Part shown: positions 1 through 10,039 of the stretch, piece after piece | How positions within the stretch are numbered: the stretch's first letter is position 1 | How the letters are laid out: the number at the start of each line of letters is the position of its first letter | Origin: an uncultured Acidobacteriota bacterium | Lineage (GTDB): Bacteria; Acidobacteriota; Thermoanaerobaculia; Multivoradales; JAHEKO01 | Direction: 5' to 3' | Assembly: GCA_963719055.1 (NCBI GenBank) | Contig: CAVRAU010000023.1 | Span: forward strand, 71,790 to 135,789 | Length of the DNA stretch: 64,000 bases | Made by a program: the position numbers and the translations under genes | The notes under the pieces: generated by a model | Seen by the model: the letters and a program-made list of their open reading frames with translations, nothing else | The model's database searches: none | What the model was told of the DNA's origin: nothing

Positions 1-64
1 CGGCCCACTTCCAGGCGGAAAAGATGCAGCAGCTCGCCGAACAGGCCCAGGGCTGACGGCAGGT

Positions 65-1439
65 CTACCGCGCCGAAGAATCCGGGACCAGCAAGAGAAG
101 CTGCAGGTCGGCGACGTTGGTCCCCGTCGCTCCTGTCACGAGGAGATCTGCGGCTGCGGCCAGCGCTACATAGCTGTTGTTGCGATCCAACTCGGCCGTC
201 GGGTCGAGTCCTGAGTGGCGAATCCGCTGCGGAGTGCCGGCATCGACCAGTCCTCCCGCGGCATCCGTGGGACCGTCACGACCATCGGTACCTCCACTCA
301 AGAAGGCCCAGCTTCCGGACAGCGGGTTCGCCTCGCACAGCAGCGAGAATGCCAAGGCCGTTTCCTGATTTCGGCCTCCCAGGCCCTCGCCACGCAGGGT
401 AACCGTGGTCTCGCCTCCGGCCAGGATCGCCATCCGACTGCTCACCGTCCCATTGCTGACGGCCGAACGCAAGAAGCTCGGCCGCGGCATCGCGGGCCTC
501 TCCCAGAAGCTCGCTCGAGGCGATGACTACCTCGAAACCCTGTTCTCTTGCCCAATCTCGGGCGGCTGAGAGACTCTGACGATTCGAACCCACCAGTCGG
601 TTCTCGACCCGAGAAAACACGGGATCCCCGGCGGTCGGGGTATCCGCGATCTGACCCGCAACACCCTGTTCGAATCGTCGTCGCACCGCCGCCGGAATCG
701 ACTCGCGCAGCTCGTAGCGCACCAAGATGTCCAGCGCATCCTGGAAGGATGTCGGATCGGGGGCGGTCGGACCACTGGCGATGCTGCTCAGGTCATCGCC
801 GATGACATCGGAGAGGATCAATGCCTCGATCCTGGCCGGGGACGCCAACCGAGCCAGTCCGCCTCCTTTCAGCGTTGACAGGTGCTTGCGTACACAGTTG
901 ACTTCCTGAATAGGCGCTCCACAGGCGAGCAGAAGACGTGTGGCTTCTATCTTGTCCTCCAGGCTGACCCCGGGAGCCGGTGACGGCAGCAGAGCCGAGC
1001 CACCACCGGAGATGAGGACCAGCAAGGCATCCAAATCATGGCTATTTGCCAGGTACGCCTCGACCGCGGCGCCAGCGGCCACTCCGATGGCATCTGGCAC
1101 TGGATGACTCGAGGCGAACACCTGAAATCGATCGAGCTCGGCGGCATTCTCCGGGTTGACGACCACGATTCCCGGACCGGCAAACTCTTCAGAGGAGAGA
1201 CTCTCCGCCGCCGCTCGAGCCATGGTCACGGCAGCCTTGCCAAAGGCCACGACACGTAGCTCCCCGTCCTCATGTAGTGCCTCTCGACCGATAATCGGCC
1301 GCCCCGTGGACGTTCGTCTGAGTCCATCCATGACCGCCCGCCGCGGGTCGGCGGCCCGGACTCCGGCCTCGAACACCGCCACCGCCTGGGCCCGCAGGGC
1401 CTCCACGGAGCCACCACCGCTGAATGCTTTGGCGCTCAC
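65..1439 (-). CDS. Glycerate kinase (MOFRL family). The N-terminal part sits in the minus-frame ORF ending at 276 and the C-terminal part in ORF 65..490, split by an apparent frameshift near 440-460.
   Basis: Glycerate-kinase motifs: VVAFGKAA, LISGGGSALL, ILAGGETTV and GLGGRNQE. The reading frame switches between ...AELLAFGRQQ and ...SRMAILAGGETTV. The 5' two-thirds of the 670-aa ORF 276..2288 is antisense to prmC and is not part of the gene. Start codon uncertain (no ATG; probably GTG near 1440). Confidence 0.7.
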
Positions 1440-1472
1440 GCCGGCCTCGATCGCATTGGATACACTGCCACT

Positions 1473-2318
1473 GTGAAGGCCATCATAAGCCAAACCCTGA
1501 CCGACGCTCGGCAGCGACTCTCCGAGGCGCCGTTTCAACCCGATACCCGTGAGGCCATTCTCTTGCTCGGCCACGTCCTGGAATGGACGGAGGCGCAGGT
1601 TCTCGCCCGGCAAGACGAGGCACTGGAACACGCTTCCGCCAGCCGTTTCGAAGAGGTCCTCGACCGACGGCTCGGCGGTGAGCCGATTGCCTATATCGTC
1701 GGGGTCAAGGAGTTCTACGGCCGGCCGTTCCAGGTCGACCGCCGGGTGCTCATCCCGCGACCCGAGACCGAGCACCTCATCGAATGGGTGCTCGAGCTGC
1801 CGCTGCCCCCATCGCCCTCGGTGCTCGATATCGGCACCGGTTCCGGCTGCCTCGCCTGCACCTTGGGCTTCGAGCTCCCGGCATCCCGGGTTGTCGCCAC
1901 CGACATCTCTGCCGGAGCCCTGGCTGTCGCTCTGCAGAATCTTCGCCGCCACGGGCTGGAGAACCGACTGCTGCTCGCGGCTTGCGACTTGGCTCGAGGT
2001 TTGGCCTTGCCCGGTTTCGATCTCGTCGTCAGCAATCCTCCGTATGTCGGCAGAAACGAGGCCGCCTCGTTGTCGGCTGAGATTCTCGACTTCGAGCCCG
2101 ACACGGCTCTCTTCGCCGGCGCCGAGGGCGACGCTCTCTACCCACGACTCTTCCAGCAGCTGTTCGGCTTGCGCCCCGGGACCTGGTTGATGGTGGAGAT
2201 CGGTGCCGGTCAGGAAGAATTGATCCGGCAACTGAGCGCCGGCTCTCCATTCCATCTCCTCGAGGTACGCCCCGACTATGCCGGACATCCTCGTATTGCA
2301 CTGCTGCAGCGCCGCTGA
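1473..2318 (+). CDS. prmC: Release factor glutamine N5-methyltransferase PrmC/HemK
   Basis: SAM-binding motif DIGTGSGCLA and catalytic VVSNPPYV (NPPY) motif. 281 aa. Immediately upstream of murA, as in many genomes. Confidence 0.9.
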   Translation: MKAIISQTLTDARQRLSEAPFQPDTREAILLLGHVLEWTEAQVLARQDEALEHASASRFEEVLDRRLGGEPIAYIVGVKEFYGRPFQVDRRVLIPRPETEHLIEWVLELPLPPSPSVLDIGTGSGCLACTLGFELPASRVVATDISAGALAVALQNLRRHGLENRLLLAACDLARGLALPGFDLVVSNPPYVGRNEAASLSAEILDFEPDTALFAGAEGDALYPRLFQQLFGLRPGTWLMVEIGAGQEELIRQLSAGSPFHLLEVRPDYAGHPRIALLQRR

Positions 2319-2349
2319 TCGTTCATAATCCGAGTCGGAGAAGCAGCCA

Positions 2350-3624
2350 GTGGATCGCTTTCACATCATCGGCCCCAATCGCCTCTCGGGGACCGTCCAG
2401 GCCGCCGGAGCCAAGAATGCCGCGTTGCCCGCCCTGGCCGCGAGTCTGCTCACCAGTGAGACCCTCGAGCTTTCCGGTCTGCCCCAGGTCCGGGACCTGC
2501 GCACCCTGAGATCCCTTCTTCAACATCTGGGTGTCGAGAGTGAGGGCGAAGGGGACTCGCTTCTTCTGCGTCACACCGAGTCGCCACAGCTCGATGACGC
2601 CCCCTACGAGCTGGTCAAGACCATGCGAGCCAGCGTGCTCGTCCTTGGACCCCTGGTCGCCCGGCACGGCTCGGCTCGAGTCTCCCTGCCGGGAGGGTGT
2701 GCCATCGGAGTCCGGCCCATCGATCAGCATCTGGCGGGTCTGGAGGCCCTGGGCGCCGAGGTCCGCCTCGCACACGGCTATGTCACGGCTACCGCTCGAC
2801 GGCTCCAGGGTGCCCGGTTCCGCTTTGCCGTCCCCACAGTCACCGGCACCGAGAATCTGCTCATGGCCGCTTGTCTCGCCAAGGGCACCACGGTGCTCGA
2901 GAACGTAGCTCGCGAACCCGAGATCATCGATCTGGCCTCGCTGCTCGGCAAGATGGGCGCCCGGATCCACGGGGCCGGCGAGGAGACCCTCGAGATCGAA
3001 GGGGTCGATCGCCTCGGCGGCGCCACTCACCGGGTGATCGCAGATCGCATCGAGGTCGGAACGTATCTCATGGCGGCCGCGATCACCCGCGGCGAGATCA
3101 CGATCGAGGGGGCACGAGCGAGGGACCTGGCTCCTCTCCTGGAGAAGCTCGCCGAGACCGGCTGCGACCTCGAATCGGACGACCAGGGGATCCGACTCCG
3201 CGGTGTCGAGGAGCTGAGGCCTCGGGACATGGTCACCGCCCCTCATCCCGGATTTCCCACCGATCTTCAGGCCCAGTACATGGCTCTCATGACCCAGGCC
3301 ACGGGTCCCTCGACGATTTGCGAGACGGTGTTCGAGAATCGTTTTCAGCATGTCCCCGAATTGGTCCGGATGGGTGCGGACATCCAGGTGGATGGCACCC
3401 TGGCGCGGGTCCGCGGTCCATCCCCCCTCTCCGCCGCCCGTGTCATGGCCACCGATCTGCGGGCCTCCGCAGGCCTGGTTCTGGCCGGCCTCGTAGCTTC
3501 CGGCGAGACGAGGGTCGACCGCATCTATCACCTCGACCGCGGGTACGAGCAGATGGAGGTGAAGCTGCGGGCCCTGGGTGCGCGAGTCGAGCGCGTGGCG
3601 GACAGGCCCGGGTCGCCACGGTGA
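2350..3624 (+). CDS. murA: UDP-N-acetylglucosamine 1-carboxyvinyltransferase
   Basis: N-terminus [27 protein letters not shown] and [12 protein letters not shown] loop typical of MurA/EPSP-synthase fold. 424 aa. Confidence 0.92.
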   Translation: MDRFHIIGPNRLSGTVQAAGAKNAALPALAASLLTSETLELSGLPQVRDLRTLRSLLQHLGVESEGEGDSLLLRHTESPQLDDAPYELVKTMRASVLVLGPLVARHGSARVSLPGGCAIGVRPIDQHLAGLEALGAEVRLAHGYVTATARRLQGARFRFAVPTVTGTENLLMAACLAKGTTVLENVAREPEIIDLASLLGKMGARIHGAGEETLEIEGVDRLGGATHRVIADRIEVGTYLMAAAITRGEITIEGARARDLAPLLEKLAETGCDLESDDQGIRLRGVEELRPRDMVTAPHPGFPTDLQAQYMALMTQATGPSTICETVFENRFQHVPELVRMGADIQVDGTLARVRGPSPLSAARVMATDLRASAGLVLAGLVASGETRVDRIYHLDRGYEQMEVKLRALGARVERVADRPGSPR

Positions 3625-4874
3625 TGCGATTCCCGTCGATTCTCGGCTTGGCGCTCTTGATGGGCGGCGCCGCTGATCCCCGACCCGAGTTGGTCGAACT
3701 GCATCTGAGTGGCCGGTTCGACCAAGCCTTGCAGCAGACCCAGCGCGTCCTCGAGGTGGATCCGGAGCAGGCTCGGGAGTGGGGTCTCGACTATCTCCAG
3801 GGCCATCTGCAGGAGCGATTGCAGGCAGCCAAGGAGTCCCCGATCTCTTTCGCCGATGCCATGACCTCCACGCCGCCGCTCGCCAGCCACGCCAGGTACC
3901 GTCTGGCCATCGACCGCTATCGCTCCGGCCAGCCCGAGGCGGCAGCGGGTCTGCTGGCCACCCTCCTCGCCAATGCGCCGCCTCCTTCGCTGGTACCCAC
4001 GGCGGTGCGTTGGCTGACCGTCGCCCTCCACGAAGGCGGCGACTGCCAGCTTCTGAACAGGTGGCGAGACTGGCCTCTCGAGGCTGCCCAAGTCAGACAG
4101 CTGCAAGCTGTCATCATCGACTGCACCCTGGCAGCAGAGGAGACCGAGGAGGCGCTGGATCTGATGCGCTCTCTTCTGAATGAGAACCAAACCGACGAGA
4201 CTGCGCGACGGGCGGCTTTGGGTCTCGCGACTCTGTCGCCGGCCGCGATCGATCCCCGAACCACGTTGCTTATCGGTCTGACCTTCTTTCAACATCGAGA
4301 ATTCGAGCGCGCGATCCCGTTCCTGGTTGCCAGCCTCGAGGACTCCGAGGCCGCGACCCGAGATGTGCGCAAGGTGGATCGCGCCGACATTCTCTTCTCC
4401 CTGGCACGCAGCCACTACTGGCAAGGCCAGTTTGCGTCAGCGATACAGACCTTCACTCAAGCAGCGATGGAAGAGACCGAAAGCGACAAGACCGCTCGAG
4501 CCCTCTTCCAGCGGGGCCGGTCGCACGCCCTCCAAGGTGACTGGGACGCCGCGGTCGCGAGTTTCGCAGAAGCCGCCGCAGCGGCACCCAGGGATTCTTG
4601 GGCGGCGGCGGCACTGATTTCCGCCATGCGGCTCGAGTGGCGTCAGGGTCGTGAAGAGTCGGCTCTTGCCTTCTTCCAGCAGTTGCGTTCTCGCCGCAGC
4701 TGGCGGTCCACGCTGGAGCGCGCCTCCCTATTCCTCGCCGTCTCGGATCTCATCCGCGGTCGGGCCGATCGAGCTGGGGACTGGCTCGATGTCGCCCGCC
4801 AGGCCCGCCGCCGAGATGGGCCCGAGATCTGGTACTGGCGGGGCCGTCTGGCCGAGCTCCAGAAGCAAGCCTGA
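3624..4874 (+). CDS. Secreted alpha-helical repeat (TPR/superhelical-like) protein. Probably the N-terminal domain of an Slt70-like soluble lytic transglycosylase, separated from its catalytic domain by a frameshift.
   Basis: ATG at 3624 overlaps the murA stop (GTGATG). Signal peptide [19 protein letters not shown]. Helical repeat-rich. The protein-like sequence ...GPEIWYWRGRLAELQKQA stops at 4872-4874 exactly where the +1 frame picks up a protein-like sequence. The longer 2697..4874 ORF is an artefactual extension over murA. Confidence 0.55.
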   Translation: MRFPSILGLALLMGGAADPRPELVELHLSGRFDQALQQTQRVLEVDPEQAREWGLDYLQGHLQERLQAAKESPISFADAMTSTPPLASHARYRLAIDRYRSGQPEAAAGLLATLLANAPPPSLVPTAVRWLTVALHEGGDCQLLNRWRDWPLEAAQVRQLQAVIIDCTLAAEETEEALDLMRSLLNENQTDETARRAALGLATLSPAAIDPRTTLLIGLTFFQHREFERAIPFLVASLEDSEAATRDVRKVDRADILFSLARSHYWQGQFASAIQTFTQAAMEETESDKTARALFQRGRSHALQGDWDAAVASFAEAAAAAPRDSWAAAALISAMRLEWRQGREESALAFFQQLRSRRSWRSTLERASLFLAVSDLIRGRADRAGDWLDVARQARRRDGPEIWYWRGRLAELQKQA

Positions 4875-4875
4875 C

Positions 4876-5889
4876 GTTGCCGTTCGGCGCTACCTCGACC
4901 TCTTGACCAGCGATCCACTTCATCCACTCTCGCGGGCAGCACGTCGACGACTCGCGCAGCCGGAGTTGCGGCAGGCGGCAGAGGTCCGAGGGGCGGAGCT
5001 GTCTGCCTCGAACCGGACCACCGACCTTTTGCAGGCTTGGCTTCTTCTGGCTCGCGACAGCCCTGCTGCCGTCCAGATCCAACAGGATCTCCAAGATCGG
5101 TGGCGGCGCAGCCCGCGCACCCGGCCCTATCTCGAAATGGCAGCCCGCGATCCACAGCAGTGGACCCTCTGGCGACAACCCGTTCGCCAACCCGAGGAGA
5201 TCCTGCTCAACCTGGGGATCGCCGAGACCATGTCACCCGCCGTCCGCCGTGCCTTTCCCCTGGCTGAGACGGATCTCGCCTTGGCGGGCAGTCGACTCCT
5301 CTCCGCCAGCGGTCTCCACCAGAGATCCCTGTACATGGCCGAGGTCGTCAGTCGCCGCCTCCCCAGCGGCCTACCCGATCAGTTTTTGCCTGGACCGTAC
5401 CGTCGGCTGCTCTACCCCCGGCCCTACGAGTTCCACATCGAGCAACAGGCCAGTCGTTTCGGTGTCGACCCAGATCTGCTGACGGCGATCATTCGGGAGG
5501 AAAGTCGCTTCGACCCCATGGCCGTTTCCGGAGCCTCGGCCCGGGGGCTCTCCCAATTTGTCTGGTCGACAGCCCGACGCCTGGCGCGGAAGCTCGATTG
5601 GACGCAGATCGCGCCCACCGATCTGCACACACCGGAGGTCGCCATCACCTTGGGCGCCGCGTATCTTGCCGAGCTGTCACACCGCTTCGACGGCCGCACC
5701 GTCCAGGCTGTCGCCGCCTACAACGCCGGCGAGGATTTGGCGCGCCTCTGGCAGGCCTACTGTTTCAGCCAGGAACCGGAGGAGTACTTCAGCAAGGTCG
5801 GGTTTCGGCAGACACGAGGCTATCTGGAAAAGGTCCTCGAGAGCCGTGCCCACTATGCGGAGATTTACTCGCAGCAGTCCGGACCCTAG
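4876..5889 (+). CDS. Lytic transglycosylase, SLT catalytic domain. Likely a continuation of 3624..4874 in the +1 frame.
   Basis: SLT motifs ...REESRFDPMAVSGASARGLSQFVWSTA... and AAYNAGEDLARLWQ. There is no good start codon after 4874 (first candidate TTG at about 4903). The combined length of about 750 aa fits an Slt70-type enzyme. Confidence 0.7.
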   Translation, partial: VAVRRYLDLLTSDPLHPLSRAARRRLAQPELRQAAEVRGAELSASNRTTDLLQAWLLLARDSPAAVQIQQDLQDRWRRSPRTRPYLEMAARDPQQWTLWRQPVRQPEEILLNLGIAETMSPAVRRAFPLAETDLALAGSRLLSASGLHQRSLYMAEVVSRRLPSGLPDQFLPGPYRRLLYPRPYEFHIEQQASRFGVDPDLLTAIIREESRFDPMAVSGASARGLSQFVWSTARRLARKLDWTQIAPTDLHTPEVAITLGAAYLAELSHRFDGRTVQAVAAYNAGEDLARLWQAYCFSQEPEEYFSKVGFRQTRGYLEKVLESRAHYAEIYSQQSGP

Positions 5890-6605
5890 TCCGCGGCGGA
5901 CTCGACCGTATCGACCAAGGGAGGAAGCGAGTCGAAATTGCTGTCGAAGTAGTCTTCGATATCGGCTTGCTGCAGCAACTCCATCGTCCACCGCTCCAGC
6001 TCCTCGTTCATGCGCTGCTCGCGCAACAGAGTCCGAATGGCCTCGCGAACTTCCTCGACGGGGGGTACGGAGTCCCCTCTTTCTACCAGCTGCGGCACCA
6101 GGCTCTCGTCGTAGTACTTGCGGATATCGTCCAAGCCGACAAAGATCCGGGCTCCCAATCGCTCCTCCACATACACCCAGACCATCACCTGGCGGGCCAG
6201 AACCTGCCGGACACCCTGTTCGTCCAAGCCCAGCTCTTCAATCGCGACCGCGAACTGCTCGGCACCACCCAGACGTTGCTCGAGCTTGTCGAACTCCTCG
6301 TCCACGACCTCGACCGGCACTTCGGCGAACCCGAATCGGTCGACCTCGTGAAACCGGAGCCTCTCCTCGATCAGAAAATCGAGAGCTCGACGCCGCACCG
6401 CTCGGTTGTCCTCATCCGACTCCGGCTGGATGATCCCGAAAGACAGGATCTGATCCACTTCCGATGCCAGAATGGGGTCGTCATCGACAACGGCGAGGAT
6501 CCGGTCCACCGGATCGCGGTCCTGAGCAGGCAGGGAAGCCGTCACCGAAAGGCAGACAGCGGCGCCCAGGCTCAGTCGGGTAAGAAGGGACGGACGCAGC
6601 CTCAT
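5886..6605 (-). CDS. Periplasmic SurA N-terminal-domain-like chaperone (no PPIase domain)
   Basis: Signal peptide MRLRPSLLTRLSLGAAVCLSV. Segment ILAVVDDDPILASEVDQ resembles the SurA_N domain. 239 aa. Confidence 0.55.
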   Translation of the reverse strand: MRLRPSLLTRLSLGAAVCLSVTASLPAQDRDPVDRILAVVDDDPILASEVDQILSFGIIQPESDEDNRAVRRRALDFLIEERLRFHEVDRFGFAEVPVEVVDEEFDKLEQRLGGAEQFAVAIEELGLDEQGVRQVLARQVMVWVYVEERLGARIFVGLDDIRKYYDESLVPQLVERGDSVPPVEEVREAIRTLLREQRMNEELERWTMELLQQADIEDYFDSNFDSLPPLVDTVESAAD

Positions 6606-6648
6606 GGGAGCGGCATGCTAGCATAGCCCTCGACCGCGAAAGAGAACC

Positions 6649-7475
6649 ATGGCAACGCACCTGACCGTCGGCTTGGCGCAGATCGACTGCCGCCTCGGTG
6701 CGGTCGAAGCAAACCTGGAGCGCCACCTCGAGTGGATCGCCAAGGCTCGGGAGCGGCAGGTGGAGCTGCTACTCTTTCCCGAGCTCTCCCTGACCGGCTA
6801 CCGTCTTCTCCACCTGACCAGCCGGGTTGCCATGCGGCCCGACGAGTCGCCGATCATTCAGCGCCTGCTGGAGGCCGCCGGCGACATGTCGGTCGTGGTC
6901 GGCCTGGTCGAGGAAGGCCGCGAAGGCTTCCTCTACAACAGCGCGGTTCTCCTCCATCGAGGCGAGATCGCCCATGTCCACCGCAAGCTCTACCTGCCCA
7001 CCTACGGCATTTTTCAGGAGGGCCGGTTCTTTGGCCAGGGCGAGCGTCTCGATCTCGCCCCCGTCAATGGTCAAGTCCTGGGCTTGTTGATCTGCGAGGA
7101 TCTCTGGCATCCCCATCTCGCCCGGCGGCTGGCCATCGCCGGCGGCAAGCTGCTGGCCGTCTTGTCGGCCGGCCCGGGCCGAGTCGGGTCGGCGACAAGC
7201 TGGAGAGTCAGGACACGTGGGAGTGCCTCACCCGCTCGACCGCGCTGGTCAACACCTGCTGGCTGGTCTACTGCAATCGCGTCGGCTGGGAGGAGGGCTC
7301 CTTCTACACCGGCGGCAGCCACATCGTCCGCCCCGATGGCCAGATCCTGATGCGAGCCGCCTTCTTTGAAGAGGACCTGCTGGTCGCCCGGCTCGATCTG
7401 CGCGAAGTGGATCGTCTGCGCTGGCGCCTGCCGCTGCTGCAGTCGCACCGCCGGGATATCGAGGGGCTCAAATGA
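6649..7475 (+). CDS. Carbon-nitrogen hydrolase (nitrilase superfamily). Possibly the glutaminase partner of the adjacent NadE. Apparent frameshift near 7180-7195.
   Basis: N-terminal half in ORF 6649..7350 (LLLFPELSLTGY, catalytic-Cys region LGLLICEDLWHP). C-terminal half (WLVYCNRVGWEEGSFYTGGSHIVRPDGQIL) is in the frame of ORF 6732..7475. The stop overlaps the nadE start (ATGA). Confidence 0.75.
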
Positions 7476-8254
7476 GCGCCAAAGATCGGGTGCCGAGAGA
7501 AACTGCAGGCTCAACGCGCGAGCTGGCCGTCCAGGCTCTGGTGACCTTCATCAAGGACGCCGTCGAGACCACCCACTCGGAAGGCGTCGTCGTCGGACTG
7601 AGCGGCGGGGTCGATTCGGCCCTGTCGGCCGCTCTGGCGGTCGGCGCTCTGGGCCCCGAGCGCGTCCACGCCTTCATGCTGCCCCACCGGACCTCGAGTC
7701 CCGACTCCGTGACCGACGCGCGAGCCGTGGCCGACGGCTCTCGGTCTCGACGACCTACAGCATCGACATCTCGCCCATGGTCGACGCCTACTTCGACAAG
7801 TACGAGTCCGACGCGGATCAAGGTCCGTCTCGGCAACAAGATGGCCCGCGAGCGCATGTCCATTCTCTTCGATCAGGCGAAGAAGCTCCGCAGCCTGGTG
7901 CTCGGCACTTCGAACAAGACCGAGATCCTGCTCGGCTACTCGACGATCTTCGGCGACAACGCCAGCTCCATCAACCCGCTCGGCGACCTCTACAAGCAGC
8001 AGGTCTGGCAGCTGGCCACCTATCTGGATCTACCGGCTCGGATCGTGGACAAGAAGCCCTCCGCCGATCTCTGGCCGGGACAGACCGACGAAGACGAGCT
8101 CGGCTTCGACTACCCGACGGCCGATGAGGTGCTCTATCTGATGTTCAACTTCGGGCTCTCCGACGAGGAGGTCATCGCGCTGGACTACCCCGAAGACGGT
8201 GGTGCGCCGGATCGTCACGCCTCGAAGAGAACAACCGCTTCAAACGCCGACTGA
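7472..8254 (+). CDS. nadE: NH3-dependent NAD+ synthetase
   Basis: PP-loop GLSGGVDSA, NKMARERM, GTSNKTEILLGYSTIFGD and PSADLWPGQTDEDELG. Two nearby compensating frameshifts at about 7740 and 7815: the segment LSVSTTYSIDISPMVDAYFDKYESDAD reads in the +2 frame. Confidence 0.85.
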   Translation: MSAKDRVPRETAGSTRELAVQALVTFIKDAVETTHSEGVVVGLSGGVDSALSAALAVGALGPERVHAFMLPHRTSSPDSVTDARAVADGSRSRRPTASTSRPWSTPTSTSTSPTRIKVRLGNKMARERMSILFDQAKKLRSLVLGTSNKTEILLGYSTIFGDNASSINPLGDLYKQQVWQLATYLDLPARIVDKKPSADLWPGQTDEDELGFDYPTADEVLYLMFNFGLSDEEVIALDYPEDGGAPDRHASKRTTASNAD

Positions 8255-8322
8255 TGCTCATCGCCCGGCTCTCGGACAGCGCCATCAATCTGGACCGCGA
8301 GATCCCTCGCGACTGACCGGGA

Positions 8323-9009
8323 ATGCCCGGCAAACTCATCGTCGTCGCGACACCTATCGGCAACCTCGAGGACCTGTCCTCGAGGGCAGCGCAGACGCTT
8401 CGCGAAGTCGATCTGGTCGCCTGCGAGGACACGCGGCGGACCGGTCGGCTGCTGGCCCATCTGGGAACCAAGCGGCCGCTGCTCTCGCTCCACGAGCACA
8501 ACGAGCGCCAGCGGGTGCCCAAGCTGATCGAGGCCATGCAGGGCGGCAGCGATGTGGCCCTGGTCTCGGACGCGGGTACGCCCCTCCTCTCCGATCCCGG
8601 ATACGTTCTGATCCGGGAGTGCCTGGAACAGGGTCTGGAGGTTTGCCACCTTCCCGGGCCGTCGGCGGTGGTTACCGCCCTGGTTCAATCCGGGCTGCCA
8701 CCCTACCCGTTCACCTTCGCCGGGTTTCCCCCTCCCAAGAGCGGCAAGCGCCGTCGCTTCTTCGGTCGCTTCGCAGACCTCGACCACACCTTGATCCTGT
8801 TCGAGTCTCCGCACCGGATCCTGGCGAGCCTGGACGATCTGCTGGCAGTCCTCGGCGACCGACCCGCCGCAGTCGGCCGAGAGCTCACCAAGCTCCATGA
8901 GGAGACCCTGCGGGGTCGGCTCTCCGAGATCCGCCACGATCTTGGAGAGCGCACCGCGATCAAAGGCGAGCTCACCCTGGTCATCGGTGCCGCCGACCGA
9001 AAGGGCTGA
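8323..9009 (+). CDS. rsmI: 16S rRNA (cytidine1402-2'-O)-methyltransferase
   Basis: Tetrapyrrole-methylase-family N-terminus MPGKLIVVATPIGNLEDLSSRAAQTLREVDLVACEDTRRTGRLL. 228 aa. Confidence 0.88.
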   Translation: MPGKLIVVATPIGNLEDLSSRAAQTLREVDLVACEDTRRTGRLLAHLGTKRPLLSLHEHNERQRVPKLIEAMQGGSDVALVSDAGTPLLSDPGYVLIRECLEQGLEVCHLPGPSAVVTALVQSGLPPYPFTFAGFPPPKSGKRRRFFGRFADLDHTLILFESPHRILASLDDLLAVLGDRPAAVGRELTKLHEETLRGRLSEIRHDLGERTAIKGELTLVIGAADRKG

Positions 9010-9021
9010 CCCTCCGAACCC

Positions 9022-10039
9022 ATGACCGCCCCAGGCAGAGCCCTTTTCTGGACCTACGACGCCGAAGAGCCATCCTTCCGTCATCGGATGCTCACGACTC
9101 GCGATGTCCTGGCCAGTAGAGGCTGGCAGTGTGATGTCGAGACCCTCCCCAAAGGACACTACCTGAGACGCGTGCTGGCACGCCGCGACTCCCTGCGCTC
9201 GGCAGACGTCGTCCTTCTGCATCGCATAAAGCTGACCCCTGTCGAGTTCATTCCACTGCGACGGCTCTGCCGGTCCCTGGTTTTCGATGTGGACGATGCC
9301 ATCTACTACCGACGCCCGAGAAACCTCGGCGATCCACCGGACAAATCCTGGTTTCGCCAGTATAAATTCGCGCGCACGTGTGCCATCTCCGACCTGGTGA
9401 TGGCCGGCAATGAGTGTCTGGCTGAGCGGGCTCGCCGGTCGGCTCCCTGGGTGGAGATCGTCCCGACTCCAGTCGATCTCGAACCCTATGAGACCTTGAC
9501 GGCCACGAGAAACCCCGCCACCCTGGTCTGGATCGGTCTGCCGGAGAACCTCCCTTACCTCGAGCTGATCAGGGGTGTCGTGGCTCAGCTGGCAGCTGGC
9601 GGAGCCCGACCTGAAGCTCAGGATCGTCTCCGCCGAGTTTCCCGACTGGTCCGAGGTTCCCATCGAAAGAGTCCAGTGGTCGCTGGCGACGGAGGCCGCC
9701 AGCTTGAGCTCCGCCGGCATCGGCATCATGCCTCTCACCGACGACGAATGGACTCACGGCAAGTGTGCTTTCAAGTTGCTGCAATACATGGCTGCCCGAC
9801 TGCCCTGCGTCGGCTCGGCAGTCGGTGCCAATCTGGAGGTCGTCCAGCACGGGCAGACCGGCTTGCTCGCCTCCGACCCCACCGAATGGGCCAGCGCTCT
9901 GCGGGAGCTTCTGAGCGACCCCGGCAGGGCCTCTGAGATGGGGCGTGCCGGGAGGGAGCGGGTGCGTGAGCACTACGACATTCGCGTCGTCTCCGCCCAC
10001 GCTGCAGACCTCGTGGAAGAGCTGACGGGCCGTCTATAG
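9022..10039 (+). CDS. Glycosyltransferase, GT-B fold (family 4-like). Apparent frameshift near 9590.
   Basis: N-terminal part in ORF 9022..9936. C-terminal GT1/GT4 signature in ORF 9575..10039 (GKCAFKLLQYMAARLPCVGSAVGANLEVVQHGQTGLL). Confidence 0.72.

Noticed and set aside
276-2288. 670-aa minus-strand ORF
   Set aside because: Only the 3' third (about 276-1440) encodes glycerate-kinase sequence. The rest is the antisense shadow of prmC, typical of high-GC DNA. Not a single real protein.
2697-4874. 725-aa plus-strand ORF beginning inside murA
   Set aside because: The N-terminal 300 aa are Arg/Pro/Gly-rich nonsense read from the alternative frame of murA. The real gene starts at the ATG at 3624, which overlaps the murA stop.
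8215-9738. 507-aa minus-strand ORF opposite rsmI and the glycosyltransferase
   Set aside because: Composition (G/R/A/P-rich, no motifs) and position antisense to two well-supported genes indicate a spurious high-GC ORF. The same applies to other long antisense ORFs such as 2323..3531-, 24584..25846-, 34341..35480+, 41453..42451+, 46462..48501+ and 42493..43848+.
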